This document shows, piece by piece, positions 1 through 9,096 of a DNA stretch of 50,423 bases. The DNA comes from a virus. Taxonomy: Duplodnaviria; Caudoviricetes. The position numbers and the translations under genes were made by a program. The notes under the pieces are model-generated. The model was not told where the DNA came from and did not search any database. It saw only the letters and a list, made by a program, of their open reading frames with translations. Location of the stretch: IMG/VR virus record IMGVR_UViG_3300035676_000592, positions 1 through 50,423 of that record; one strand, given 5' to 3'. Each line of letters starts with the position of its first letter. Position 1 is the first letter of the stretch.

Positions 1-647
1 GTACTGTAGATCCGACTTTTAATTACGGAACTGGATTCAATGGGTATACTGTAGGTTTGATTTTACAAAGTGATGGTAAAATTATTATAGCAGGATATTT
101 TGATGATTATAACGGTAATACATATAATTCATTAATTAGATTAAATTCAGACGGAACAGTAGATGAAAGTTTTTATGTTGGAACTGGATTTAGTAACCCA
201 ATTTCGTCATCTTATAATCAAGTTAATTATCTATATCAATATTCAAACGGACAAATAGTTAGTTTTAATTGGGATTACTACTATAATGATACTCGATTAA
301 ATTATAATTTTTTAATTGAAGGAGATTCCATAACCCCAACACCAACACCAACACCATCTCCGACAGGTTCAATAGTAACAACACCTACACCTACTCCAAC
401 AAAAACAAGTTCACCAACACCATCAGTTACTCCAACCAATACACCTTCACCAACATTTATACCATACAGTGGAGTTGCGGTTAATCAACATTATGCATAT
501 ACGATAGAAATGTTGGGTGATTTTAGTGGAGGAACTGCACCAGCAAATGCAATCGCTCCACATCCAATTATGATAGGTAACGATGGAATACCATACGCAC
601 AAATGAATGCAATACAAATCGGAGGATTTGGCGGATTAAATAATTAA
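1..647 (+). CDS. 5'-truncated delta-60 repeat (DUF5122-like beta-propeller) protein with Pro/Thr linker and conserved C-terminal module
   Basis: Frame is open from the window edge: TVDPTFNYGTGFNG..LILQSDGKIIIAG..LIRLNSDGTVDESF (delta-60 pattern), then TPTPTP linker and YAYTIEMLGDFSGGTAP...GGFGGLNN. Confidence 0.8.
   Translation, partial: TVDPTFNYGTGFNGYTVGLILQSDGKIIIAGYFDDYNGNTYNSLIRLNSDGTVDESFYVGTGFSNPISSSYNQVNYLYQYSNGQIVSFNWDYYYNDTRLNYNFLIEGDSITPTPTPTPSPTGSIVTTPTPTPTKTSSPTPSVTPTNTPSPTFIPYSGVAVNQHYAYTIEMLGDFSGGTAPANAIAPHPIMIGNDGIPYAQMNAIQIGGFGGLNN
368..647 (+). repeat. Direct repeat copy 1 (~280 bp; linker plus C-terminal module)
   Basis: Aligns without gaps to 1759..2038 (offset 1391); 393..466 is identical to 1784..1857. 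Confidence 0.95.
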
Positions 648-658
648 AAAAAACAAAT

Positions 659-2038
659 ATGTCTAGTCTTAATTTAACATTTAATAGTATAGCAAATGCC
701 AACATATTGGTTGGAGATGCATCAGTAGTTGGAGATTGGAATACCTTCTTTGATTTACCTACTTATGGAACACCATTTAGTGCAGTTACAATAAGTGGAA
801 ATACCGTTCAGTTGTTTGGTGGGTCAAATATTGTATTAAATTATAACAATTATGTTGGTGGTTTATTCAACAGTGTCACGTCTTTATTATCAATTTACGA
901 CTACGCTGGATCTATTACGGAATTAATTGACCAAATATTTGTAGGTAGTGGATTGCTCGAATGTTATTTTAACTCTGTAACAAATATTGAAGGTCCGAAC
1001 GATGGAGGTGTGTTTAGTTCGGTAACAACAAAAATACACGCACCAAATTGTTCAAACATCGGATGGGGAGCGTTTCAATATTGTTCCGAATTATTTGATT
1101 TGGATTTAGATTTCAGTAATATTACATCCCTAACTGAAAATTATATATTTTATGAATGTTTATTATTACCTGATTCAGTTGTAAATCAATTTACTAGTTT
1201 AACATCTATCACTGGTCAATATTGTTTTCAATACTGCGAATCTTTAACTAATTTGAATTTACCTTCAGTTACAAATTTAGGTAGATATACATTTTCATAT
1301 TGTACAGGATTGACAACTTGTGATTTATCATCTGTTTTAACCTTGAATAATTTTTGTTTTTATCTTTGTACATCTCTTACGTCAATAACCCTGCCAAATT
1401 TGAAAAGTGCTGGTGTCAGTTGTTTTTCAACTTGTACATCTTTAACGTCAATAAGTTTTTTATCATTGACAGGTTTAAGTCAAAGTTGTTTTGCGGTTTG
1501 TAATTCTTTGACTACAATAGATTTACCTTTATGTACAAATTTAGGTGGTACAGTTGCTAATAACAATGTTTTCTTGGGCATTACTGGAAATACAATAAAT
1601 TTAACAATTCCTACCTCACTTATGACATGTAATGCTGGTAATCCTGACGGTGATATTCAATACCTACAAACAGCAAATACAGTCACAATAATTGAACCAA
1701 CACCCATACCAAGTCCAACACAAACACCAACACCAACACTTACTCCTTCATCAACAACTTCAATAGTTACAACACCTACTCCAACTCCAACAAAAACAAG
1801 TTCACCAACACCATCAGTTACTCCAACCAATACACCTTCACCAACATTTATACCATATACTGGTGTTCCGGTAAATAATTTTTATGCATATACAATAGAA
1901 ATTCTTGGAGATTTTAGTGGAGGAACTGCGCCGGCAAATGCAATTGCTCCTCACCCAATTATGATTGGAAATGATGGAATACCATACGCACAAATGAATG
2001 CAATACAAATCGGAGGATTCGGAGGATTAAATAATTAA
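659..2038 (+). CDS. BspA-type leucine-rich repeat (LRR_5) protein with Pro/Thr linker and conserved C-terminal module
   Basis: Repeats FxxCxSLTxIxLPxVTxLGxxxF; last ~92 aa nearly identical to those of the upstream gene. Confidence 0.85.
   Translation: MSSLNLTFNSIANANILVGDASVVGDWNTFFDLPTYGTPFSAVTISGNTVQLFGGSNIVLNYNNYVGGLFNSVTSLLSIYDYAGSITELIDQIFVGSGLLECYFNSVTNIEGPNDGGVFSSVTTKIHAPNCSNIGWGAFQYCSELFDLDLDFSNITSLTENYIFYECLLLPDSVVNQFTSLTSITGQYCFQYCESLTNLNLPSVTNLGRYTFSYCTGLTTCDLSSVLTLNNFCFYLCTSLTSITLPNLKSAGVSCFSTCTSLTSISFLSLTGLSQSCFAVCNSLTTIDLPLCTNLGGTVANNNVFLGITGNTINLTIPTSLMTCNAGNPDGDIQYLQTANTVTIIEPTPIPSPTQTPTPTLTPSSTTSIVTTPTPTPTKTSSPTPSVTPTNTPSPTFIPYTGVPVNNFYAYTIEILGDFSGGTAPANAIAPHPIMIGNDGIPYAQMNAIQIGGFGGLNN
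1759..2038 (+). repeat. Direct repeat copy 2 (~280 bp)
   Basis: Aligns to 368..647; differences in the module are mostly synonymous. Confidence 0.95.
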
Positions 2039-2059
2039 TAAACTCAAAAAAAATTAAAA

Positions 2060-2251
2060 ATGTCAGAATTAGTGCAACAAAAAGAAAGAAATCAAGTTGA
2101 CCCTCAACAAGTTTTAAACAGAAAAATTCAAAGAGCCGATGAAAATATTACAAAAATAACATCTCGGATTTCTGAAGCGACAGGAAGTGAAAAAGAAAGA
2201 CTTGAATCTTTATTAGAATTACATATAAATTATAAAAACAGTTTAGTATAA
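2060..2251 (+). CDS. Small helical hypothetical protein
   Basis: 63-aa ORF with an A-rich upstream region, filling the gap between genes. Confidence 0.7.
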   Translation: MSELVQQKERNQVDPQQVLNRKIQRADENITKITSRISEATGSEKERLESLLELHINYKNSLV

Positions 2252-2252
2252 A

Positions 2253-2495
2253 ATGGCTATAATTAAAGAAGAAATTAAAGGGACAAAAATTTTCAATGAA
2301 ATAAAATCTTCAAATATTAAAGGGTCTGTTTATGACACTGAATCGAAGACTTTATTAATTGAATTCAACAATGGGACTAAATATCAATATGATGGTGTTC
2401 CCCATCAAATATATACAAAATTTAGGATGGCTAAATCTCAAGGAGGTTTTTTTAGTAGTGATATTGCAAAAAACTACAAATACAAAAAACTTTAA
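2253..2495 (+). CDS. KTSC domain protein
   Basis: SSNIxxxxYDxxxxTLxIEFxNGxxYxYxGVPxxxYxxFxxAxSxGxFF pattern. Confidence 0.85.
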   Translation: MAIIKEEIKGTKIFNEIKSSNIKGSVYDTESKTLLIEFNNGTKYQYDGVPHQIYTKFRMAKSQGGFFSSDIAKNYKYKKL

Positions 2496-2516
2496 GTTTG
2501 AGTATATTTATTAAGG

Positions 2517-3260
2517 ATGAAGAATTTTAATAAAATCCTTGATAGTTTTTTAATTAAAGATACTCTCAACCCAAAGATATGGGAGAATCCATCTAATCCT
2601 GCCAAGGCAAGAATGAAATATGAGGTTAAATCGGCCTTATTAAGAATCGCTGATGAATTTATAGAATACTTGGGAGATGATGTTTTTGTTGATGACATCG
2701 TATTAACCGGATCTCTATCAAACTTCAATTGGTCGGAATATTCAGATTTTGACTTACACGTTCTTATAGATTTTTCACAATATGGAAAACAATCTGAATT
2801 ATATAAAGAATTGTTTGACCTTAAAAAACAATTATTCAACGATAAACACAATATAAAAATATTTGGATATGATGTTGAATTGTATGCTCAGGATATTACA
2901 GAAGAGCATACAGCGTCAGGTGTTTATTCGGTGATGGATGGTGAATGGGTTGAAGTTCCAAATAAAATGGAAAAAGATGTTGATCGTGATTTACTCAAAA
3001 CAAAAATAAAATCTTGGACAAAGAAAATAGATAACGTAATCGAACAATCTAAGAATGGTGAAGATGGAAAAAAATTAAAAGATATTAAAACTAAATTAAA
3101 GGAGTATAGAAAGTGTGGATTGGAAAAGGGAGGTGAATTGGCTTATGAAAATTTGGTTTTTAAATTCTTGAGAAGGTCGGGTCATATTGAAAAATTATTT
3201 AACACACAAAACAAACTTACAGATAAAGAATTATCGATTGAAAGAGAAAATAAGTTTTAA
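2517..3260 (+). CDS. Pol-beta superfamily nucleotidyltransferase
   Basis: IVLTGSLSNFNWSEYSDFDLHV (hGS-x9-DxD) plus a third acidic residue in VELY. Confidence 0.75.
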   Translation: MKNFNKILDSFLIKDTLNPKIWENPSNPAKARMKYEVKSALLRIADEFIEYLGDDVFVDDIVLTGSLSNFNWSEYSDFDLHVLIDFSQYGKQSELYKELFDLKKQLFNDKHNIKIFGYDVELYAQDITEEHTASGVYSVMDGEWVEVPNKMEKDVDRDLLKTKIKSWTKKIDNVIEQSKNGEDGKKLKDIKTKLKEYRKCGLEKGGELAYENLVFKFLRRSGHIEKLFNTQNKLTDKELSIERENKF

Positions 3261-3305
3261 TTATAACAATTAACAAAAAAGATATATTTATATATAAAAA
3301 TATAA

Positions 3306-3500
3306 ATGGCATTATATTCGGCGAATACGCATTACGACTACTCAATTGAAATATTGGGAGATTTTAGTGGAGGGACTGCACCGGCAGGACAAACCGCTCC
3401 TCACCCGATTGCGTATTCGGAAAAAAGAAATGCATCCGGTGATACAGTCATCGATTTGAGTGCAATAACACTGGGTGGATTCGATGGAATAAATAATTAA
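3306..3500 (+). CDS. Stand-alone copy of the C-terminal module; putative small virion or decoration protein
   Basis: HYDYSIEILGDFSGGTAPAGQTAPHP...AITLGGFDGINN* is homologous to the C-termini of the first two genes. Confidence 0.8.
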   Translation: MALYSANTHYDYSIEILGDFSGGTAPAGQTAPHPIAYSEKRNASGDTVIDLSAITLGGFDGINN

Positions 3501-3524
3501 AATAAATAAAAAGTTTATAATAAA

Positions 3525-4772
3525 ATGGGAAAGTTAAAACCAATAGGTAGTGAGAAATTGACAGGTGATGCTAAGATTAAAAGAATCATGGAAATTGCCA
3601 GATATAATGAAAACACTCCTTCATCATTAAATGAAACATCTAGAACAGAATATGGTTTAGATTTAGCCGACGGAAATAATTATCAAATAATTAAAGAAAG
3701 GCAAGGATACATTATAAAGAGAACCATATCTGAATCTCAAACTGAATATATTGAACCAATGAAGAATAGAAAATATTATTCTTCATATTCACAGGCGTTA
3801 AAAAGATTAAACTTACTTGCCGGTGAAATTAACAGATTAAATGAAAATGAAGAAGGTGTTTCTTTATTTGGAGAACAAAAGAAATTTGTTTTAAAAACAC
3901 CAAAACCTGCGGCACCTGACGCTGGTGAAATTCCTGCGCCTCCTATGGCACCACCTCCAGTTCCACAACCTGAATTGCCACCATCTCCAGACGCGGGTAT
4001 GCCTGCCGATTTAGGTGGTGAAGATATGGGTGGTGAAGATATGGGTGGTGAAGCAATGCCGGGTGGAGAAGAAATGGATATTGACATCGAAGGTGGAGAA
4101 GAAATACCTGTTGACCAAGAACCATCAGACAAAGAAGAAAGAGTTTCTTTCAGAACAATACAAAAGTTAACAGGAAAGTTAACTCAAAAGATTAGAGTGT
4201 TAGATAATGAGGAAGGAATGACTTCTGAAAATATCAAATATGTTATAAACATGGTTCTTTCTTCTTTGGATTTAAAATCTTTGTCTGAAGAAGATAAAGA
4301 AGATATCATATCTAAATTTGAGGAAGATTCTGAAGATTTGGAAGGTGATGACTTCGGAGGAGAAGATTTAACGGACGATTCTGAAGTTGAAGATATTCAA
4401 TCAGATATGGATGTTGAAATTCCTGTTGACCAAGAGATGGGAGAAAATTATAACGGAGCAATAATTGATAGCATATTTGGTGAATCCAAAATTGACAAAG
4501 TTCTTTCAAAATATTTTGAGTATTCCAAGAAAGAAATCATGGAATCACAAGAAAATAAATTAAGAAGGAAAGAAAGTGCTAAAAGAAGAGCCAACAGTAA
4601 AATGAAGATAGTTTCAAATCTTTGTGAAACAAAAGAACAACAGTTGGCGTCACAAAGATTTTTGGAAGAAAATAGTTCATTTGTTTTTGTTGGAAAAACA
4701 AACAAGTCAAACTTGGTTTTCGAGAATAAAAACAGACAAATTAAAATAACACCTAATGGACGTGTTCTATGA
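3525..4772 (+). CDS. Acidic/Pro-rich hypothetical protein, putative head-associated
   Basis: 415 aa with low-complexity PPP and GGEDM stretches and several LxE motifs; lies upstream of the terminase. Confidence 0.7.
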   Translation: MGKLKPIGSEKLTGDAKIKRIMEIARYNENTPSSLNETSRTEYGLDLADGNNYQIIKERQGYIIKRTISESQTEYIEPMKNRKYYSSYSQALKRLNLLAGEINRLNENEEGVSLFGEQKKFVLKTPKPAAPDAGEIPAPPMAPPPVPQPELPPSPDAGMPADLGGEDMGGEDMGGEAMPGGEEMDIDIEGGEEIPVDQEPSDKEERVSFRTIQKLTGKLTQKIRVLDNEEGMTSENIKYVINMVLSSLDLKSLSEEDKEDIISKFEEDSEDLEGDDFGGEDLTDDSEVEDIQSDMDVEIPVDQEMGENYNGAIIDSIFGESKIDKVLSKYFEYSKKEIMESQENKLRRKESAKRRANSKMKIVSNLCETKEQQLASQRFLEENSSFVFVGKTNKSNLVFENKNRQIKITPNGRVL

Positions 4773-5164
4773 GTTATTTGATTTATATAAACGGACTCGG
4801 TCCGAATTATAAAGGGGATAATATATATGAATTTATTTTTTCGGATACTTTGAAAGTTTGGGGTGAATATTGGGAAAGCAAACCTTGTAACCAATACCCA
4901 CAACCACCAGAGTTAAAATATGTAAAGAAAGTAGGAGTTTTGAAAAATACCGATGTCGAATTGGAATTGATTCAAAACTCCGATTTTTTTTCTATGATGG
5001 ACGCGATGGATGACGTTGTGGCTTTAGGATGGGAGACCAATGATTCTGATTTTAACAAAAGATTGGTGTTTAGGTTTGGAGAAGATGAAGAAAAAATAAA
5101 AGATAAATTATACGAACGAGACATTGTCTTGGAATTTGAAAAAAAATTAGTATATGAACAGTAA
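4769..5164 (+). CDS. Hypothetical protein
   Basis: 131-aa ORF with ATGA overlap to the upstream gene. Confidence 0.75.
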   Translation: MSYLIYINGLGPNYKGDNIYEFIFSDTLKVWGEYWESKPCNQYPQPPELKYVKKVGVLKNTDVELELIQNSDFFSMMDAMDDVVALGWETNDSDFNKRLVFRFGEDEEKIKDKLYERDIVLEFEKKLVYEQ

Positions 5165-6017
5165 ATTAAAAAAATCCATTCTGATAGGTAAAGGACTTTC
5201 AAAACAAACTTTATCAAAACTTAATGAATCCGAAATAGATGCAATTTACTCAACGATTGTTGAACAAGTAACACAAACTACTAAACAAGTTAAAACAACT
5301 AAAATACCATCATCAACTGCAAGGACCACAGGAGGTGTTGTGGATGGTATATCTATAAAGCAAGATGCTGCTGGAAATATAATTGCAACTCAAACTGAGC
5401 AAGAGTTGGATGAGGAGTTGGATGATGAGGATGCATTAGGTGCTTTATCGATGCAAACTGCGACTGGACAGGAATTACCTCACGATGCTTCAGATGAGGC
5501 TCCTGATGGTATGGACGATGATTCAGATTATGATAGAAAAATGGTTGGTATGGCAGAATCTAAAAAAACTAAGAAACCAAATCCATACGCAATTTGTACA
5601 AGCACATTAGGTAAAGAATTTGGTACAACTAAAAGAAGTGAGTGGACAAAATCTCAAATGAAAAAATATGAAAGGTGTAAGGCAGATATTGATGAATCTT
5701 TGAAGGAATCAAAAAAACCTGTATCTTTGTTGGAGAATGAAATTTTTAGAATCGTTGAAAAACATTTACCTCCAAAAATAACAAAGAAAGACCTTATGAA
5801 TTATCTATCTGAGTCACCAGCAGTAGCACCCGCAAAACCTCAAACAAAACCAGACGTTAAACCAGGTATAAAACCTGGAACTAAACCAAGACCAAGTCAT
5901 CCTGGTAAAAATCCATTTCCAGGAGAACATCCGGCACCAAAGGCAAGCAGACCTTCACCTGAACAGGCTAAGAAGGAAGTCATTAATGTAATACTCGATT
6001 TAATTAAAAGTAACTAA
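5154..6017 (+). CDS. Hypothetical protein, putative head-internal
   Basis: 287 aa; LNE-S, LKE-S and LSE-S motifs, NPYAIC motif, Lys/Pro-rich tail. Confidence 0.7.
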   Translation: MNSKLKKSILIGKGLSKQTLSKLNESEIDAIYSTIVEQVTQTTKQVKTTKIPSSTARTTGGVVDGISIKQDAAGNIIATQTEQELDEELDDEDALGALSMQTATGQELPHDASDEAPDGMDDDSDYDRKMVGMAESKKTKKPNPYAICTSTLGKEFGTTKRSEWTKSQMKKYERCKADIDESLKESKKPVSLLENEIFRIVEKHLPPKITKKDLMNYLSESPAVAPAKPQTKPDVKPGIKPGTKPRPSHPGKNPFPGEHPAPKASRPSPEQAKKEVINVILDLIKSN

Positions 6018-6019
6018 AA

Positions 6020-7294
6020 ATGAAAAAAAGAAATTTCAGAGAACAAATAGAATATGGGTCTAGAAGGGAAAAAATGGATCCTAATTTGGTTTCAAAACTT
6101 GGTGACCCGGAAGGATTATATTCACAGAATCCTGCAATGAGAAAAGGAACTAAAGATGTTGAAAGACTAGTTAGTTCAAGATTTCAAAAAGTTGCGGATA
6201 AATTAAGTCAAGTTACGGGAATTGAGGATTTATCTTCACGACAGGTTCAAGGGATGATATATCAAGAAATGATGTCCAAATTACCCAAGATTATGTCGAT
6301 AGAAGCAAGACATAAAGATGAACTTGAACAATTAGCAATTGAGGCATCATTGGATGAAACTGAAACTCCTGAAGGTTGGTATCAAATTGAGGCGAACTTA
6401 GGGATGCCAACAACTCAAGGATTTAGAATGGGTGGAGGTCAAGAGGAAGAAAGTGAAGAAGAATTAGATTTCGGGTCTGATTTTGATCTTGATGAATTCA
6501 CAAAAGAAGAACAAGTAGAATTAGAAAAACATAAAAGAAATATAATAAACGCCTTAGTTCAGGGAGCTGCGAAAAAAGGGCATTATTTGTTTCAGAAGCC
6601 TTCAATTAAATCGGCATTAGATAGAATCGATCCATCTTTGTATAGAGATTATTTAGGAATCATGGTGATCAATGATTTCATGTATTTTACTATGGAACAA
6701 ATGATTGAAATGATGAGTCAAACTGGTCAAGGTGTTGCAGGTAAATCAGAACTTGAAGATGCTGATCCGGAAGAACAAGAAGAAGGAATTGATACAAAAA
6801 TCAAAGCAACAGGATTTATATTCCCCATTTTATGTCATGAGATAGTGAAAGGTTTAGAAGAAGCCAAAGCAAGACATGGATTACCTGAAGATCCTGAAAC
6901 AAGAAGAAAGGTATTACAAAAAACTGATACATTGGCGAATGAACCAATGCAATTGAGAATAGGACCTGAAATTGTTGAAAAATTAAGAAATGCTTTACCC
7001 GATGAAGTTTTTGATGCTGACAATAAAGGACTTTTAAATTGGTTCCATATTTGTTTATATAAGAAGCCTGCTGAAGAATTTTTACAAATCATAGGTGATA
7101 TTATATCTTCAGATGGGTCAAAGGTTCAAAGAGGTAGAGATGCCTTCAAAGAAATTTTAAATGAGGCTTACGAGTTAAAGGATGAGTTTGAAAACTACAA
7201 GGAAGAAGAAGGTATTGAAGGAGATGAGGATGATGAAGATGATATTAATGACTTTCTCAGGGATTTAGGGATAGAACCCATAAGTGACAATTAA
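6020..7294 (+). CDS. Hypothetical protein upstream of terminase
   Basis: 424-aa ORF with an acidic C-terminus. Confidence 0.75.
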   Translation: MKKRNFREQIEYGSRREKMDPNLVSKLGDPEGLYSQNPAMRKGTKDVERLVSSRFQKVADKLSQVTGIEDLSSRQVQGMIYQEMMSKLPKIMSIEARHKDELEQLAIEASLDETETPEGWYQIEANLGMPTTQGFRMGGGQEEESEEELDFGSDFDLDEFTKEEQVELEKHKRNIINALVQGAAKKGHYLFQKPSIKSALDRIDPSLYRDYLGIMVINDFMYFTMEQMIEMMSQTGQGVAGKSELEDADPEEQEEGIDTKIKATGFIFPILCHEIVKGLEEAKARHGLPEDPETRRKVLQKTDTLANEPMQLRIGPEIVEKLRNALPDEVFDADNKGLLNWFHICLYKKPAEEFLQIIGDIISSDGSKVQRGRDAFKEILNEAYELKDEFENYKEEEGIEGDEDDEDDINDFLRDLGIEPISDN

Positions 7295-7299
7295 GATGT

Positions 7300-9060
7300 G
7301 TGAATTCAAAAGAACAATTAATAATAGAAGTTACGAAGTGCATGAAGAATACTCCTTATGCACTTCGAACTTATTTACAGACATTTGATAATACAGTATC
7401 AAAATACGTCCCTTTAGATTTATTCCCAGACCAAGTTACACTTGTAGAGGATTATGAAAACTACAATGAAAATATTGCATTAAAATATAGACAAGCGGGA
7501 GTTTCAACAGTTACCGCAGCATGGGCATCAAAACGTTTAGTTTTTGCAAAAAAAACAAAGCCCGAAAAAATACTTATCATTGCAAACAAGTTAGACACCG
7601 CAGTAGAAATGGCGAATAAAGTTCGTTCATTTACTGAACAATGGCCTTCTTGGGTTGGTGTAGGGTTTTCACAAGAAAAAAATTCTCAAAGACATTTCAG
7701 GTTAACAAATGATTGTGAAGTAAAAGCAGTTGCAACATCAAAAGATGCACTTCGAGGTTATACCCCAACCATATTGATATTTGACGAAGCCGCATACATC
7801 GAGGCTGATGGTGATTTCTGGGCGGCTTGTATGGCCTCACTATCTACGGGTGGTAAAGTAATCGTTGTTTCCACCCCAAACGGATATGACCCAATTTATT
7901 ATGAAATATATGACCAAGCGTTAAGAAATTATAATAATTTCAAAGTAACAGAAATGTTTTGGTATAGAGACCCAAGATATACCAAAGATTTATATATGGT
8001 CAAAACAAATGATTTGGTTCATTTTTTACTAAATAGAGAACAATATACGGATAAAGATATAGTTGATTTATCGATGGAAAATCCGTATGAGAGAGATTTA
8101 GAAAATGTTAAAAATTTAATAGAACAAGGATATAAACCATGTTCCTCTTGGTTTGAGGGTATGGTTAAAAAACTAAAGTTTGATAGACGTAAAGTTGCAC
8201 AGGAATTGGAGTGTAATTTTTTGGGTTCAGGTGACAACGTATTCGATTCTGAACTAATGCAAAATATTGCTAAAAACCAACTGAGAGAACCACAAGGAAA
8301 AATGATGGGAGGTTCTCTTTGGATTTTCAAAGAACCTGAAAATGGTCATAAGTATGTTATGGGAGTTGACGTATCTCGTGGAGACTCTGAAGATTTTTCA
8401 TCCATAGAAATTATAGACTTTGATGAAAGAGAACAAGTTTTTGAATATGTTGGTAAGGTTCCACCCGACGTTCTAGCTGAGATTGCCTATAAGTGGGGCA
8501 TGTTGTATAACGCTTATTGTGTGATTGATTTAACTGGTGGTATGGGAGTTTCAACTGCAAGGAAAATGCAAGAAATGTCATATCCATGTGGATTCTATGT
8601 TGATGGTGTTGACACATCCAACAAGTGGAAATTTGACCCAAAAATGAATGAAAAAATTCCAGGAATAAATTTTAACAGCAAACGGGTTCAAATAATTTCG
8701 GCATTTGAAGAAGCGGTTAGACACGGGTTTAAAGTATATTCAAGTAGGTTGTATAATGAGATGAACACCTTTGTATATATCAACGGTAGACCAGATCACC
8801 AAAAGGGGCATCACGATGATTGTATTATGGGAATTTCGATGGCGTTGTATGTTGCCGAAAAATCTTTCCAATCTTTAGAGAAGGTAGTAAACCAAACAAA
8901 GTCGATGTTGAATTCTTGGACATCGGTCATGAATGAAAACAAAAATACCTCTGAATATTTCAACCCAATGATTCCTCAAATGGGTCGTCAGAATCCGATA
9001 AATCAAGGACCTACCAAAAAAGATTATCAACAATACGGATGGTTATTTGGTGTTAGGTAA
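7300..9060 (+). CDS. terL: Terminase large subunit (T4 gp17-like)
   Basis: KYRQAGVST (Walker A-like), IFDEAA (Walker B), STPNG, nuclease motifs GVDVSRG and HHDD; GTG start. Confidence 0.95.
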   Translation: MNSKEQLIIEVTKCMKNTPYALRTYLQTFDNTVSKYVPLDLFPDQVTLVEDYENYNENIALKYRQAGVSTVTAAWASKRLVFAKKTKPEKILIIANKLDTAVEMANKVRSFTEQWPSWVGVGFSQEKNSQRHFRLTNDCEVKAVATSKDALRGYTPTILIFDEAAYIEADGDFWAACMASLSTGGKVIVVSTPNGYDPIYYEIYDQALRNYNNFKVTEMFWYRDPRYTKDLYMVKTNDLVHFLLNREQYTDKDIVDLSMENPYERDLENVKNLIEQGYKPCSSWFEGMVKKLKFDRRKVAQELECNFLGSGDNVFDSELMQNIAKNQLREPQGKMMGGSLWIFKEPENGHKYVMGVDVSRGDSEDFSSIEIIDFDEREQVFEYVGKVPPDVLAEIAYKWGMLYNAYCVIDLTGGMGVSTARKMQEMSYPCGFYVDGVDTSNKWKFDPKMNEKIPGINFNSKRVQIISAFEEAVRHGFKVYSSRLYNEMNTFVYINGRPDHQKGHHDDCIMGISMALYVAEKSFQSLEKVVNQTKSMLNSWTSVMNENKNTSEYFNPMIPQMGRQNPINQGPTKKDYQQYGWLFGVR

Positions 9061-9096
9061 CTATTTATATTATTGAATAAATAGGTAAATTTCAGC

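Noticed and set aside
368-2038. Diversity-generating retroelement TR/VR pair
   Set aside because: Differences are not adenine-specific and are mostly synonymous, both copies are coding, and no reverse transcriptase is in the window.
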